Assembly (NCBI RefSeq): GCF_963921235.1
Contig: NC_086108.1
Location: 35,652,001 to 35,716,000, forward strand
Reading direction: 5' to 3'
DNA: 64,000 nucleotides
DNA from: Mobula hypostoma
Lineage: Eukaryota
The notes below the pieces were generated by a model, which was not told the DNA's origin, searched no databases, and was given only the letters and a program-made list of their open reading frames with translations. Positions 13,411 to 27,700 of the stretch are shown in pieces; position 1 is the first letter of the stretch; each line of letters opens with the position of its first letter. The position numbers and the translations under genes are program-made.

Positions 13411-14680
13411 TCGTCTACCGATAAATTATTTGAACTAATTCTTTAAGTCAAATGAAGAGCTTTGGTGATCATTCTCCAGACAGACAATGTCTCCCATTAA
13501 TTTCAATGAATTTGCCATGTTTGTGTTGTTTAATTTGCCATCCGTTTGCAAAGGGTCTTTGACTTAAACCAGTCCTCTATTTCTCTCTCAGAGAGTGTTG
13601 CATGACCTTTGATTATTTCTAGCATTTGGCTTCAGGTTTTCTATGTCCACAATTTTATCCTGATTTCCACCAACCTGCAGTGGGTCTATGGACAGATTTC
13701 ACTGCCTGACAGCCGCAGTAGTGTGTGCTGCAAAACTGGGCTCATGGAGAAGGCGACTGGTTTATTTCAGGTTCCCTGAGATCAACACCCTGCTGGGCAA
13801 AAGGCTACATTCCTGCTCTATCAAGAAGAACAAAGTTAGGGGCACATCTGGAGGGAAAATCATTTGGAGCTCAGCAGTAGACTGGTGCCACTCAATGTGT
13901 TCAGTTGCTAATAAGGTATCATAATCCATCAAAATCTGGTGGCAGGTTGAATCGTGTGATGAACCAATGCATAGTAAGTCTCTTCTGCAATTTAAAGAAA
14001 TGTGGGAAAATCCTCAGGTAATATTAAAATATCTCTTGTATAATATGTCATCACCGTTAACAGTGTTAAGCCATTTCATAATATAGCCTTACCACAACAG
14101 ATTGAATGTTTGAACTCAAGGTCTTGTTCTGCTGTTTACCTCATCTTTGAATTTAAAATTGTGCCAATTTACTGATTTGTGTTGCAAATGGGTTGTAGCA
14201 AGGTAACCCTGCCCATTAGTGCAAACAGAAGGATTATTTTTACCTGCAATCCCATGTCAGTGTATGTAATAGGTTACACTGAAATACGAGGGGCAATGAA
14301 ATTGCTCTGAAATCCCTTCTTTTTTCGGCATATGAAATATGAGAACCAAAATCTTTACCAGAGCATTTAACCATATCTCCTGCAAATTGAGAAATTAGAA
14401 ATGTCACCAAATATTTGCATTCAGTTCATTCGGTGACTGCTTATTTTGATAGCACAAACATCAGTGTTTCCAAATGAAGCAGCAACTTTGCTATTTTGGG
14501 GCTGTATTAACCTTGAACCTGAGTGAGAGGACATCCTTTCAGAGGGACAATGCATATTGAATACTGCATTACTTTCCACTGTTGGTTCGATCAGCTCCAA
14601 TTCCACAACCTCATGTTCACCCTTTCCACCCCAATGTCAAAGGTTGGATTGCACTCACCGTAAATTACCAATGCCAAGGA

Positions 14681-14778
14681 ATGACTAGTTTGGTCTGGCA
14701 TGTGAAAGGGTTAAGGTGGAGAGGATCACTGTCAGCTAAAGGGCAGATAAACCTGCCAGCTGCATCAGACTTATCCAG
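14681..14778 (+). CDS. Possible first coding exon of the RGS gene (speculative)
   Basis: ATG to CAG|GTAAGG donor, 98 nt, ends in phase 2, compatible with the exon at 30963. No homology support. Confidence 0.2.
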
Positions 14779-15684
14779 GTAAGGCATTGTCCTCACCCGA
14801 CAGGTTGAGAGCAGGACAAGAGAAGAACGTGTAAGTTTTGGTCATGTGAATTTTTCAATTTCTATAATTTGTTTAGTTATTACAAAGAGGAAACAACTTT
14901 TACAGTAAAGTATTGCAAATTCTGTTTCTGATATTGTGACAGAATATGAAATATTTCAGTATTCTTCATCATAAACTTTAGTAATGTTGCATCCACTAAA
15001 ATCTATCCACTAATAATTACCTTATGCAGAGGTTGGAACTGCGCAACACTGTTTAGAACATGTTCCTTGTATTTTTGCTGAATGTTTGAAATATCACCCA
15101 GATTTGAAGGATCCTTATATTAATGATGTAAATTTTTGGGATGTCCTTTGATGTTGCTTCCACAGATACTGTAAGAGATCAATTTGACACGATTGAATCT
15201 TTTTTCCATGCAAGTGACCTGGTTTGCTACTTCCGTGAGGTGAAAAGACTGCAAGATAGTGTGGTCGGTGTTTTAAAGGACTACAATTTAGGAAGTGTTT
15301 GTCACATATTTCTGCTTGCTTCCCATCCCTATTCTCCTTACCCCATGTCTTAATTCTTTAGCGGGAGTTCCACAAGGTAAGCCATTCACTGCAATATTGC
15401 TCATCCTGGGATTCTTTGTGTATGATGGATTTGTTAACCACCCATGCCACCAGTACTGAATCCAAGTGATTCATCACAGGTACTTCCAGTAGATATCAAA
15501 CAGAAAGCTGCAGATGCTGGATATCTGAAATGAAGGGATTCAAACCCAGAACATTGACTGTTTCTCCTTCCATAGATGCTACCTGAACTGTTGAGGTTTT
15601 TGGGGTTTTTTTTGCTTTTACTGCCAGTGGAAGCTACTTAAGAACCTTTAGTCGCAAAAAATGAGAGGCACCTCTGTCCTCACT

Positions 15685-15880
15685 TGGCCGGTGGTGCAGT
15701 GACATCCACACTGGACTTTGAGGTGAGTGGTCCCAGGTTCTAATCCGGCTGGTTCCTTGCACGCTTTCCATCTGCCCTGGGTTGAGCATCGACCGAGCAA
15801 CTCGGCCTCGTAAAAAATAAAGGCAAGGACTGAAGAAATGGCAATGTTGCTGCTCGGTGTGTCACAGGGTGCTGAGAGGA
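15685..15880 (+). mobile_element. tRNA-derived SINE
   Basis: A-box-like TGGTGCAGTG and B-box-like GGTTCTAATCC, followed by a body and an A-rich run. Confidence 0.6.
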
Positions 15881-18010
15881 ACAGCATTCTGTCTGCTTCA
15901 ATTCAAATGCTGCAGAGCCAAATGGATGAATTTCAAATATCTCCATTTCACACCATCTTAATCAGATCAAAATTAGGAGCAAGCCAATTTAGGATTGATT
16001 CAGTAGTGTGACAAGATGGGATTTAACCCAATGAACCAGATGCAACTCTTCTTTCTAGTATTATGCTTGTATATTATTCAAAAATTATAATAAAGCTGGC
16101 TAAAACAGTTGGATTTAGTAAAGATAATGAGGAAAAATAATACTTATATTGTGCCTTTTCAAGACAACCCAAAAAGCATGAAAATTAGTTAAGTGCTGTT
16201 GTTATTGTTGCATTAAAAAAGCTACAACTAGTTTGTCATACCCACAAACATCAATGTGATCATGACCAAATAATCTGCTTTAAACAATGTTGAGTGAGGG
16301 ATAAAGTTTGATCAGGACACTTGGAATATCTCGTTAGTTCTTCTTTATGATGGTACCAGGAGATCCTTTGTATCTACATTACGAAGCAAGTGAAGTCTGG
16401 ATTTAATGTCCTTTCTGAAGGACAGTATCACTGACAATGCAGAATTCTCTCAACCCTGCACAGAAGTATCAGCCTAAAGTTCTGTGACCCATCTCGTAGT
16501 GTAGGACTTCAACATAGAAGGTTCTGACTTAAAATTGAAACTAGGCAAAATTTAAACTTTGTGAAAATGAAGATCAAAAGCAGAAATAAATTAATTCAAA
16601 ATCGGTATCTTAAGTGCTAACAAAGAAAAAGAAAACACCTAAAGTTACCTTAAAATAATCGATAAATTGCATGTTTTAAGTTCAGAGTCATTCTCTCCTG
16701 ATCCTAGATGCTTTTATGTATAATTTATATTCCGTGCCTGTGATGTTGCTACAAGCAGGTTTTTCACCGCACCTGTCTCTTACCCTACTCATCCACACAA
16801 CAACAAAGCCAACTTGTCTTGACTCGATTTGAATTGAATTACTCATTTCAATATCACTATTGATGCCTTTCATAAAAGGACGACAGCACATTCTGTACTT
16901 CTGTTTTGGAAGTCACATCAACAATCAAGACAGACTAATAACTACTTTGACTACTCTGAATAAGCTATAAATTTACTAAACCCATAGCTAGTTATGGATT
17001 GCACATTCCATCATTTCCTACAAAATAATGAAGGCATGAAGCAATGACTCCATATGAAAAGAAATAATATATAATCCAAAAATAAATAAACAAAGCTGGA
17101 AACCTCAAATCAGGCAGCATCTGGAAATAAGAAATAAAATTAATATTTCGTAAATGAACTCAAAGATTCAAACTATTTGGATCAGTCATGTAAATGCATA
17201 ATAAGCCTTCATGTTCTGATCTTAAGGAAAATTCCTTCTATCAAGATAAATAAAGAATTTTTTTAAATAACTTAGTTCAAAGTATTCTGTGCATGCTTCA
17301 CAGAGCCGTAAAATCATGGACTAATACAATACCCTTTGCCCATCACATCCATGATGACCAAGCTGCCTTCCTAAGCTAGTCCCCTTTGTCTGTATTTGGT
17401 CAATGTCTCTGTAAATATTTCTATGTCATTGTCTTTTAAAAGTTGGAACTGTACCTGCCTCTAGCACTTCCTCTGGCAACTGGTTCTATATTCCCACCAC
17501 CCTCAGCGTTTTAAGAGCACTTTCTTCCCCACTGCCATTCTGCTTCTGAATGTTTTTTGAACCCATGAACTCTATCTCAATGTTTGTCTTTTGCACTCTT
17601 TATTTTGTAACTTATAGTAACTCTGGGTCTTGCCCCCTACTGCCGCTGCAAAACCACAAATTTTACCACATATGTCCGTGAAAATTAACCTGATTCTAAT
17701 CCTAATTCTGACCTTCTATGTGGAAAAAACTTGCTCCACAAGTCCCCTTTAAATGTTTCTTCTCTCAACTTAAACTAGTTTTAAACTTCACTACCCTGGG
17801 GAGAGTGCAACCATTCACCTTACCTATGACCATGGTGAATGAAGAAACCTCAGAAGAACAGTACAGCACAAGAACAGGCCCTTTGGCCTACAATATTGTG
17901 TGGAACCAGCTAAACAGTAAATCAAAAAGCCCCAAAAACAAATCACTTCTAGCTGAAGATGTCCATATCCCTCCATCTTCGTCATATTCATGTGCCTATT
18001 TCAATGTCTC

Positions 18011-21000
18011 TTATTTCTTCAGTGATTTGATTGGAGCACAACTACACAAGTGCGTAGACATCAGCCAGTGAGAACAGCGAGAAGAGTTTAAAAGTGAAAA
18101 GAGTTTAAAGGGAGACAGTTATTTCTTCAGCGGTTCGATCAGGGCACGACTGCGCAAGTGCGTGGATGTCAGTCAGTGAGAAAAGTGAGAAGAGTTTAAA
18201 AGGAGACACTTTATAGAGTGGGCGCCAGAGTAGAGGGAGACAGAGTAGGAAGGCTTTGGCTCAACGGGGCTTAGACGGTAATGGGTCGAGGCGAGGTAGG
18301 TTGCCTATGTAGAATACGGACAGGAAGAATGTGTTGCGGCTGGTGTTCTATACTCAGTGTCAGATGTGGGAAGTCTGGGAGACTCCCAGCCTCCCGGAAG
18401 GCCAGATCTGCACCAGGTGCAACGAGCTGCATCTCCCTTAGGGAACTGGAGATGCAGCTCGATCACCTTTGTCCGGTCAGGGAAAGCGAGTAGGTGATAG
18501 GGAGGAGCTACAGACAGGTAGTCACACCGGGACCTGGGGAGACAGATAAGTGGGTCACAATCAGGAATGGGAAGGGGAAGAGTCAGATACTAGAGAGCAC
18601 CCTTGTGGCTGTACCCCTTGACAATAAATACTCCTGTTTGAGTACTGTTGGGGGGGAACGGCCTACCTGGGGGAAGCAACAGTGGCCATGCCTCTGGCAC
18701 AGAGTCTGGCCCTGTGGCTTAGAAGGGTAGGGAAAGGAAGAGGATGGCAGCAGTGATGGGAACTCTGTAGTTAGGGGGTCAGACAGGCGATTCCCAAGTG
18801 CCAGGGTCTGGATGCTTCTGATCACATCCACGATATCCTGCAGTGGGAGGGAGAACAGCCAGAGGTCGTGGTACATTTTGGTCCCAACGATATAGGTAGG
18901 AAAAGGGAGGAGTTCCTAAAAACAGACTACAGGGGGTTAGGAAGGAAGTTGAGAAGCAGGACCACAAAAGTAGTCATCTCGGGATTACAGCCTGTGCCAT
19001 GCAACAGTGAGTATAGGAATAGAGTGAGGTGGAGGATAAATGCGTGGCTGAGGGATTGGAGCAGGGGGCAGGGATTCAGATTTCTGGTTCATTGGGACCT
19101 CTTTTGGGGCAGGAGTGACCTGTACAAAAAGAATGGGTTGCACTTCAATCCTAGTGGACCAATAGCCTGGCGGGGAGGTTTGCTAAAGCTATTGGAGAGA
19201 GCTTGGAGACAGTGCAAGAGGAAAGATAGGCAGTTGATAGAGAAGGGACGCGCTCAGACCGATGGTTTCAGATGTGTCTATTTTAATTCAAGGAGTATTA
19301 TGAACAAAGTGGATGAGCTTAGAGCGTGGATCAGTACTTGGAGCTTTGATGTTGTGGCCATTACAGAGACTTGGATGGCTCAGGGATAGGAATGGTTATT
19401 TCGAGTGCCTGGCTTTAGATGTTTCAGAAAGAACAAGGAGGGAGGCAAAAGAGGTGGGGGCTTGGCACTGCTGATCAGAGATAGTGTCACGGCTGCAAAA
19501 AAGGAGGAAGACATGGAGGGATTGTCTATGGAGTCTCTGTGGGTGGAAGTTAGAAACAGGAAGGAGTCAATAACTCTATTGGATGTTTTGTATAGACCAC
19601 CTAATAGTAACAGGGTCATCGAGGAACAGATAGGGAGACAGATTCTGGATAGGTGTAATAACAACAGGGTTGTCGTGGTGGGAGATTTTAATTCCCCAAA
19701 TGTCAATTGGCATGTCCCTACAGTGAAGGGTTTAGTTGGGGTAGAGTTTGTTAGGTGTGTTCAGAAAGGATCCTTGACACAATACGTAGATAAGCCTACA
19801 AGAGGAGAGGCTGTACTTGATCTGGTATTGGGAAATGAACCTTGTCAGGTGTCAGATCTCTCAGTGGGAAAGCATTTTGGAGATAGTGATCACAATTCTA
19901 TTTCCTTTACCATAGCATTGGAGAGGGATAGGAACAGACAAGTTAGGGAAATGTTTAATTGGAGTAATTGGAGTAAGGAGTAAATGTTTAATTGGAGAAT
20001 ATGAAGCTATCAGGCAAGAACCTGAAAGCATAAATTGGGAATAGATGTTCTCAGGGAAATGTACAGAAGAAAGGTGGCAAATATTCAGGGAATATTTGCG
20101 TGGGGCTCTGAGTAGGTACGTTCGAATGAGATATGGAAAAGATGGTAGGGTGCAGGATCCGTGGTGTAAAAAGGCTGTTGTAAATCTATTCAAGAAGAAA
20201 AGAAGAGCTGCGAAAGGTTCAAAAAACTAGGTAATGATGGAGATCTAGAAGACTATAAGGCTAGCAAGAAGGAGCTTAAGGAGGAAATTAGGAGAGCCAG
20301 AAGGGGCCACGAGAAGGCCTTGGCGGGCAGGGTTAAGGAAAACCCCAAGGCATTCTACAAGTATGTGAAGAGCTAGAGAATAGGACGTGAGAGAACAGGA
20401 CCAATCAAGTGTGACAGTGGAAAAGTGTCAATGGAACTAGAGGAGATAGCAGAGGTGCTTAATGAGTACTTTGCTTCAGTATTCACTAGGGAAAAGGATC
20501 TTGGCGATTGTCAGGATGACTTACAGCAGACTGAAAAGCTTGAGCATGTAGATATTAAGAAAAGAATGTGCAGGAGCTTTTGGAAAGCATCAAGTTGGAT
20601 AAGTCACCGGGACCGGAAGAGATGTACCCCAGACTACTGTGGGAGGCAAAGGAGGAGATTACTAAGCCTCTAGCGATGATCTTTGCATCATCAATGAAGA
20701 TGGGAGAGGTTCTGGAGGACTGGAAGGCTATAGATGTTGTTCCTTTATTCAAGAAAAGGAGTAGAGATAGCCCAGGAAATTATAAACCAGTGAATCTTAC
20801 TTCAGCGGTTTGTGAGTTGATGGAGAAGATCCTGAGAGGCAGGATTTATGAACATTTGGAGAGGTATAATATGATTAAGAATGGTCAGCATGATTTTTGT
20901 GAAAGGCAGGTCATGCCTTATGAACCTGATTGAATTTTTTGAGGATGTGACTAAATACATTGATGAAGGTAGAGCAGTAGATGTAGTGTATATGGATTTC

Positions 21001-22499
21001 AGCAAGGCATTTGATAAGGTACCCCATGCAAGACTTACTGAGAAAGTAAGGAGACCTGGGATCGAAGGGGACATGTTTTGTGGATCCAGAACTGGCTTTC
21101 CCACAGTAGGCAAAGAGTGGTTGTAGATGTGTCATATTCTGCATGGAGGTTGGTCACCAGCGGTGTGCCTCAGGGATCTGTTCTGGGACCCCTACTCTTT
21201 GTGATTTTTATAAATGACCCGGATGAGTGAATGCAAGCAGGCTTTTTCCACTGAGGCAAGGGGAGAAAAAAAACAGAGGACATGGGTTAAGGGTGGGGGG
21301 GGGGAGTTTAAAGGGAACATTGGGGGGGGGCTTCTTCACACAGAGAATGGTGGGAGTGTGGAATGAGCCGCCAGACGAGGTGGTAAATGCGGGTTCTTTT
21401 TTAACATTTAGGAATAAATTGGACAGATACATGGATAGGAGGTGTATGGAGGGATATGGTCCATGTGCAGGTCAGTGGGACTAGGCAGAAAATAGATCGG
21501 CACAGCCAAGAAGGGCCAAAAGGCCTGTTTCTGTGCTGTAATTTTTCTATGGTTTCTATGTTTTCTATGAGGAAGTGGAGGGATGGGTTAGTAAATTTGC
21601 TGATGACACAAGGGTTGGAGGTGTTGTGGATAGTGTGGAGGGCTGTCAGAGGTTACAACGGGACATTGATAGAATGCAAAACTGGGCTGAGAAGTGGCAG
21701 ATGGAGTTCAACCCAGATAAGTGTGAGGTGGTTCATTTTGGTTGATCAAATATGATGGCAGAATATAGTATTAATGGTAAGACTCTTGGTAGTGTGGAGG
21801 ATCAGAGGGATTTTGTGGTCCGAGTCCACAGGACACTCAAAGCTGCTGCACAGATTGACTCTGTGGTTAAGAAAGCATACGATACATTGGCCTTCTTCAA
21901 TCGTGGGATTGAGTTTAGGAGCCAAGAGGTAATGTTGCAGCTATATAGGACCCTGGTCAGACCCCACTTGGAGTACTGTGCTCAGTTCTGCTCACCTCAC
22001 GATAGGAAGAATGTGGGAACCATAGAAAGGGTGCAGAGGAGATTTACAAGGAAGTTGCCTGGATGGGGGAGCATGCCTTATGAGAATAGGTTGAGTGAAC
22101 TTGGCCTATTTTCCTTGGAGCGACGGAAGATGAGAGGTGACCTGACAGAGGTGTATAAGATGATGAGAGGCATTGATCGTGTGGATAGTCAGAGGCTTTT
22201 TCCGTAGGCTGAAATGGCTAGTACAAGAGGACACAGCTTTAAGGTGCTTGGAAGTAGGTACAGAGGAGATGTCAGGTGTAAGTTTTTTACGCAGAGAGTG
22301 GTGAGTGCATGGAATGGGCTGCAGGTGACGGTGGTGGAGGCGGATATGATAGGGTCTTTTAAGAGACTCCTGGACAAGTACATGGAACTGAGAAAAATAG
22401 AGGGCTATGGGTAACCTTTGGTAATTTCCAAGGTAAGGACATGTTCGGCACAGCTTTATGGGCTGAAGGGCCTTCAGATTTTCTATTTCTATGTTTCTA
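18011..22499 (+). mobile_element. Near full-length CR1 LINE (5' UTR, ORF1 with esterase-like domain, ORF2 endonuclease and RT), inactivated
   Basis: ORF1 VHFGPNDIG and LYKKNGLHFN; endonuclease VAITETW, YRPPNS, VGDFN, SDHN; RT DFSKAFDKVPH; TTTCTATG tail; many stops and frameshifts. Confidence 0.95.
21228..21566 (+). mobile_element. CR1 3' end of a second subfamily nested inside the CR1 RT
   Basis: Interrupts INDLD|EEVEG; ATGAG at both 21223-21227 and 21567-21571; same subfamily as 34537-34905. Confidence 0.9.
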
Positions 22500-22800
22500 A
22501 AAGCCTCTAATGCATTTGCCTCTACTACCACACAGGATAGCACTTTCCAGGCATCCACCTCTCTGAGTAAAAAAATTATCCCTCACATCCAATTTAAACC
22601 TGCCCTTTCTCACCTTCAAAGCACGCCCTCTTGTATTAGACATTTCTACTCTGGGGAAAAGATACTCCTTGTCTACTCTCCCTGTGCCTCCCATAATCTT
22701 ATAAACCTCTTCTGAGATCTCCCCTCAGCCTCCACTGCTCCAAAGAAAACAACCCAAGTTTGTCCAGCCTCTCATGACAGCACATAGCCTCTAAACCAGG
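22500..22800 (-). mobile_element. Older CR1 3' fragment
   Basis: RVDKEYLFP...NTRG.ALKV...NFFTQR. Confidence 0.8.
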
Positions 22801-24521
22801 TTACCTCTCAGCCTCCTTCACTGGGGCTAAAACAGTCTCTCGTTACAACACAAGCCCTCCAGTGCCAGCAACAGCCTGTGAATTACTTCCCCATCCATTC
22901 TGGCACAGATGCGTTGCTTCCCACAACAAATTTGACTTCCTTGCCTCAGATCTGATATGAATGCAGCACTGACTGTCATCAGTATACATTACACTGAACA
23001 GATAAATGTCAGAATATAATCACATTACTAGAAATGACAAGAGGTTCTGAAGTACGTTCCCCTCTTACTAATTTACTATACTGTTTGCTAGGTTCCCATG
23101 GCTGAAGATTATACTGAAGTATATTCAGTCAAATGACACTGCCAGCTGTGCAGTGAAACTAATGCTGCCCCATATCATTTATGCATAATTATTGCAGCTA
23201 TTTCAGCAACTCTCGGCATAGTTAAATATGAATAGATATGCAAAAACCGATGTATAATTTATGCTGTTTTGTTGATCATGTCAGAAAACAGCTTCTGCCA
23301 TTTGGCTTACCTTGAAATTCATTAATTAATGTAAAGTCACTGATTCCATGTCGTGGATACAAAGTACAAACAGACTGCTGCATAATCTTCATAGACCAAA
23401 AGGCAGAGGAGCAGAATTAGGCCATTTGGACTACTGGGTCTGCTCTGCCATCCGATCATAGCTGATTTATTTTCTCTTTAAACCCAATTTTCCTGCCCTC
23501 TCCCATAATCTTTGATATCCCAACTAATCAAAAACCTAACAACCTCTACATTAAATATGCCCAATCCTCTGGCCTCCCACCGCCATCTGTGGTAATAAAT
23601 TCCACAAACTCAGAACCCTCTGGCTGAAGAAAATCCTTCTCATCTCTGTTCTAAAGGGACCCCCTTCTATTCTGGTACATCTTCACCACCTCCACTCTGT
23701 CTGGGTCGTTGACTGCATTCCAATGGCAGCTTTTCATGTGGTAGAACTCCATCAGGAGTATGTCAAAGCAATGGACTGGCATGAACCTGGTGGGCCGAAG
23801 GACCTGGTTCTGTTCTATGACTGATGGTCGTTGAATGCTTGCTTTGTTATTCCATGGTATTTTAACCTCAGACATCTCCCCATGTACACTATAAACCTTG
23901 TCAGCCTTAAAATCTCTTGACACTGTTGTGTGCTAGTAACTTAACCTTCGAAGGTCATTAAAGGTTAAAGGGATAAAACACATTTTGAAATTACATGACT
24001 TGAATTTTAGAAGCAAAGTATGAGGAGCAGGTGACATTACCAAGAATGAATTTTGCCTCACTGCACCTTATAATTGTTCTTTTATTTAACATTAATGGCC
24101 AATAATCCTGGAAACTGTACGTACCGTATTAACTATTAGTGCAACAAGAGAGGCCTCTATGATGGAGATAAATTTGCTCCATGATACACTTTTCCTGGGA
24201 AAGGACAATGTCATCACTGGCAGGTTCTGTCAAGGCCATTATAATGCATTCATCCACACAGAGCTCCTGGGCCCTATTCACTACAGATTGTGTAAATCCA
24301 CTCTGAAAGTAAGAACAATGTAGCATGCAATCAAATATATCACTAACTCAAAGCATCAAACAGTACTTGCTTTTTCACTTTCCCCTGTTCTGATGGAGGA
24401 TCCCCATTCAACTCTATTTTCCGTCTTGTTGATCTTGTTTGATCTGCTGATGATCTATATTAACATATTCTATAACAGCATTGTATTTACAGAATTTGAA
24501 ATTTTTCTATAACCCACACTG

Positions 24522-24796
24522 TGTCAGGCAATGTAGAGGGGTCTTCACAGAAAAGCAGTGGGAAAATTTAGCAGTAAATGATACTTGCAAAATAACAAGC
24601 CACAGGGGTCCACAAGAGAAAACAGATACTAAACTCACAGGCAACAAGATAAGCGAAGGCTAGGAGAAACTGGATGAGGCTGTCTGGTTCAATTAGTGAA
24701 CAAGGATTGTGGATGAGAGCTGGGTTTAAGTAGGCTGCAGGTGGCTCCTGTTAGCTGGGTGGAGATTGGGAAGGGTCTACCTGTGCAGGCTTGACA
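24522..24796 (-). repeat. 3' LTR of the Ty3/Gypsy element
   Basis: TGTCA...TGACA termini, preceded on the minus strand by purine-rich GTGGAGGGAG right after the chromodomain. Confidence 0.8.
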
Positions 24797-27700
24797 GGAA
24801 CTCCCTCCACACTACAGCCGACACCTAACAGCCCTGGAGCGATGGATCCAAGATGAAACTGGATGGCACCCAAAATCTCTCCTCTGGGCCTTATCCCTCC
24901 GTAGCAAGCGAGGTACTGCATGTTCCATCCATGCTGATGTGAATCCATCAACCAGCAAACCACACACATTGGACCACCTTCTACCATCCTGGGTTCCAGA
25001 GGTGCAGGCTTAGTTGGGGTGATTGGTCCATGGTCAACAAGCTTGAGGCAGGATCTTGAAGGACTGTGGCAGCCGGAGATGGGAAGTAGCTCGATTGATG
25101 TGATGGTTAATCTTGAAGAGACCAAGGAACTGCGGTGAGAGCTAGTAGGAGTCGGTGCGCAGGGACAGATCTCAAGTGGACAGCCAGACACAGTCTCCAG
25201 GCCAGAGTAGTCTGGCAGGGCACTGTCAATGGTTGGCCTGGTGGCAGCAAGCATAATTGGCACCTATGAAGGCCCTCTGTGCCCTCTTCAGCGAACCAGA
25301 TCCCTCAAGGACGGAACATCCACTGTTGGCTCCCCCGTGGGGAACACCAGGGGTTGGGAGCCATGAAGCACTTCAAAGGGTGACAGACGCATGGCAGAGA
25401 AGCTGTATAGATTGTGGGACAGTGCAGCCCAAAGCAGGTAGGCCTTCCATGTGGAAGGGTTAGAGACAGCAAAGCATCGCAGAAACTTCTTGACTTGCTA
25501 ACTGGCTTTTTCTGACCCACTGTTGGCCTGCGGATGACAGCCAGAGGACAAACTCACTGAGGTGCGTTGGAGGGAGCAAAAGGCTCACAAGAAGTGGAAG
25601 ACAAATTGTGGGCCCCAGTCTGACACAACATCCTGAGGGTAATGATGGAGACAAACTACATTTTGGAAAACCAGATCTGTCATCTCAGTGGCTGTCAGAA
25701 TTTTGGGGAGGGTAATGAAGTGGGGGACCTTGGAGAACTGGTCCACCACTGTCATGATCACCATGGGCAATCAAAAGGTAGCAAACCTGTGATGAAATCG
25801 ATAACAATGTGGGACAATGGGCATCAGGGGACAGTAAGGGTCACAAACGCCCAGAAGGCCACTGGTTGGAGGGATTGGACTGGGTACATTGAGGGCAGAA
25901 GTGATGAATTGACATCTGTAATCATGGTGGGCCGCCAGCTCCTGCATTGCAGAAAATCCAGGGTCTGCTGTGGACCTGGATGGCTGAAGAGGTGTGAGGC
26001 CAGCATGTACATGCAGTGTCAGATGTGTCACCCAGAGCAGACTCAGACTGTAGGGATTGGTGGATCTGGTTCTCAAGATTCCAGTTGATCAAGGCAAGGA
26101 TCTGCAAGGATGGAATGATGGTCCAAGGGTTGATCTCCATTTCAGCTGGGTCATTTGTCATGACAGGGCATCTGCCTTAATGTTCTTGGAGTTGGGTCGA
26201 TAGGAGATGGTGAATGTGAAGTTGAACTGCTCGAAGGAGGGGGCAGCGAGCCCAACGTGGGTTGAGTTGGCAGGTCTGTTGTATGGTTCTGTTTGTCGGT
26301 TCAAATCAGGAAGGGCTCGGTGTTTCCAATCAGGCAATGCCTCCATTCCTGAAAGGCTTATTTAATACCGAGTAGCTCCCTGTCTCCTATTCCATGATGG
26401 TGCTGTGTAGAGTTGAACTTGCACGAGAAGAAGGGTGTATCTTCCTGTCTGATCCTTGTTGGGAGAGGATGGTCCCGGCACCCACATCAATTTGGCTGTA
26501 GTTCCTGATGAAACAGCAGTAGAAATGGAGAAGCCCAAGAAGTACTCTGGCTGATTGAGGGAGTGTAGTCAGAGCCATTCAATGATGGCACATGCTTTCT
26601 CTGAGTCCGTGGTTATGCCTTGGGGTGGAAGGACATAACCCAGGAAGGAATTGGCTGGGATTTGGAACTAGCATTTTTTTAACTTGCAGTACAGTTGGCT
26701 TTTGAGGAGATGCTGAAAGACTAAACGGACATGACAGATGTAGTCTTGGAAGTCCTTGTGGAAGATGAAGATATCACCAAGGTGGACAAACACATAGCTT
26801 TGTAGCAAGTCTCAGAGAATCTCATGAATGAAAGCCTGTAAAGTCTGAAAGGCATTACCAAGTATTCATCATGGTCAGTGTGTATTACGAATGCCTAATT
26901 TGCACTCATCCCCCACCCCCGGTGGATGTGGATCAGGTTGCACGTGCTCCATAGATCCAGTTTGGTGAAGATCTGGGCCCTGTGGAGTGTTTGGAATGCA
27001 CTATCCATCAAGGTGAGAGGGTAGTAATTCTTAATGGTGATTTTATTGCTTCACACTATAGTCGATGCAGAAATGGTGACACCATCTTATTTTTTGACAA
27101 AGAAGAACCCTGCACCAGCTGGGGACCGGGATAGTCAAATGAAGCCATGTTGTAGCACTTCAGTGATATAGTCATTCATGGCTTGGGTGTCAGGAGGGAA
27201 GAGGAAGAACAAAGGACCTTGGGGAGTGGTGGTGCCCAGGAGGAGGTCAAGCACGTAGTCATGTGGTCTGTGAAATGGCAGGATGCTGGCCTCTCTTTTA
27301 CTGAAGGCAATGACTAAGTCGTGGTTTTCCTTTGGGAGTATGGCGAGGTCAAGGGTTTTCTCCATCTCCACAGATTTACAGGATGAAGTGAGGTTGCCTC
27401 AGTGGTGGACCAGACGACCAGGCAAAGTGAGGCTCATGAGTAGAGACCCAATATGAGAGGACTTTTGGGTGAGTCGATGAAGGGTGGTTTTGGGTGACTG
27501 GATGTACTCAAGGTGTTCCACGATGCTCGTGTGCTCAGGCTGCATGTGCACTCTGACCATCCCAGACCCCAAGGGACGCCTGTCAATGGCCGTGGTATAT
27601 GAGGGGCTCAGTAGGCAGTCCAGGCTGCACACACAGATTCCAGTCCAGAAAGTTGCCTGCTGCACCAGAATCCACCAAAGCCTCCTGTGTGCAGAGAAAT

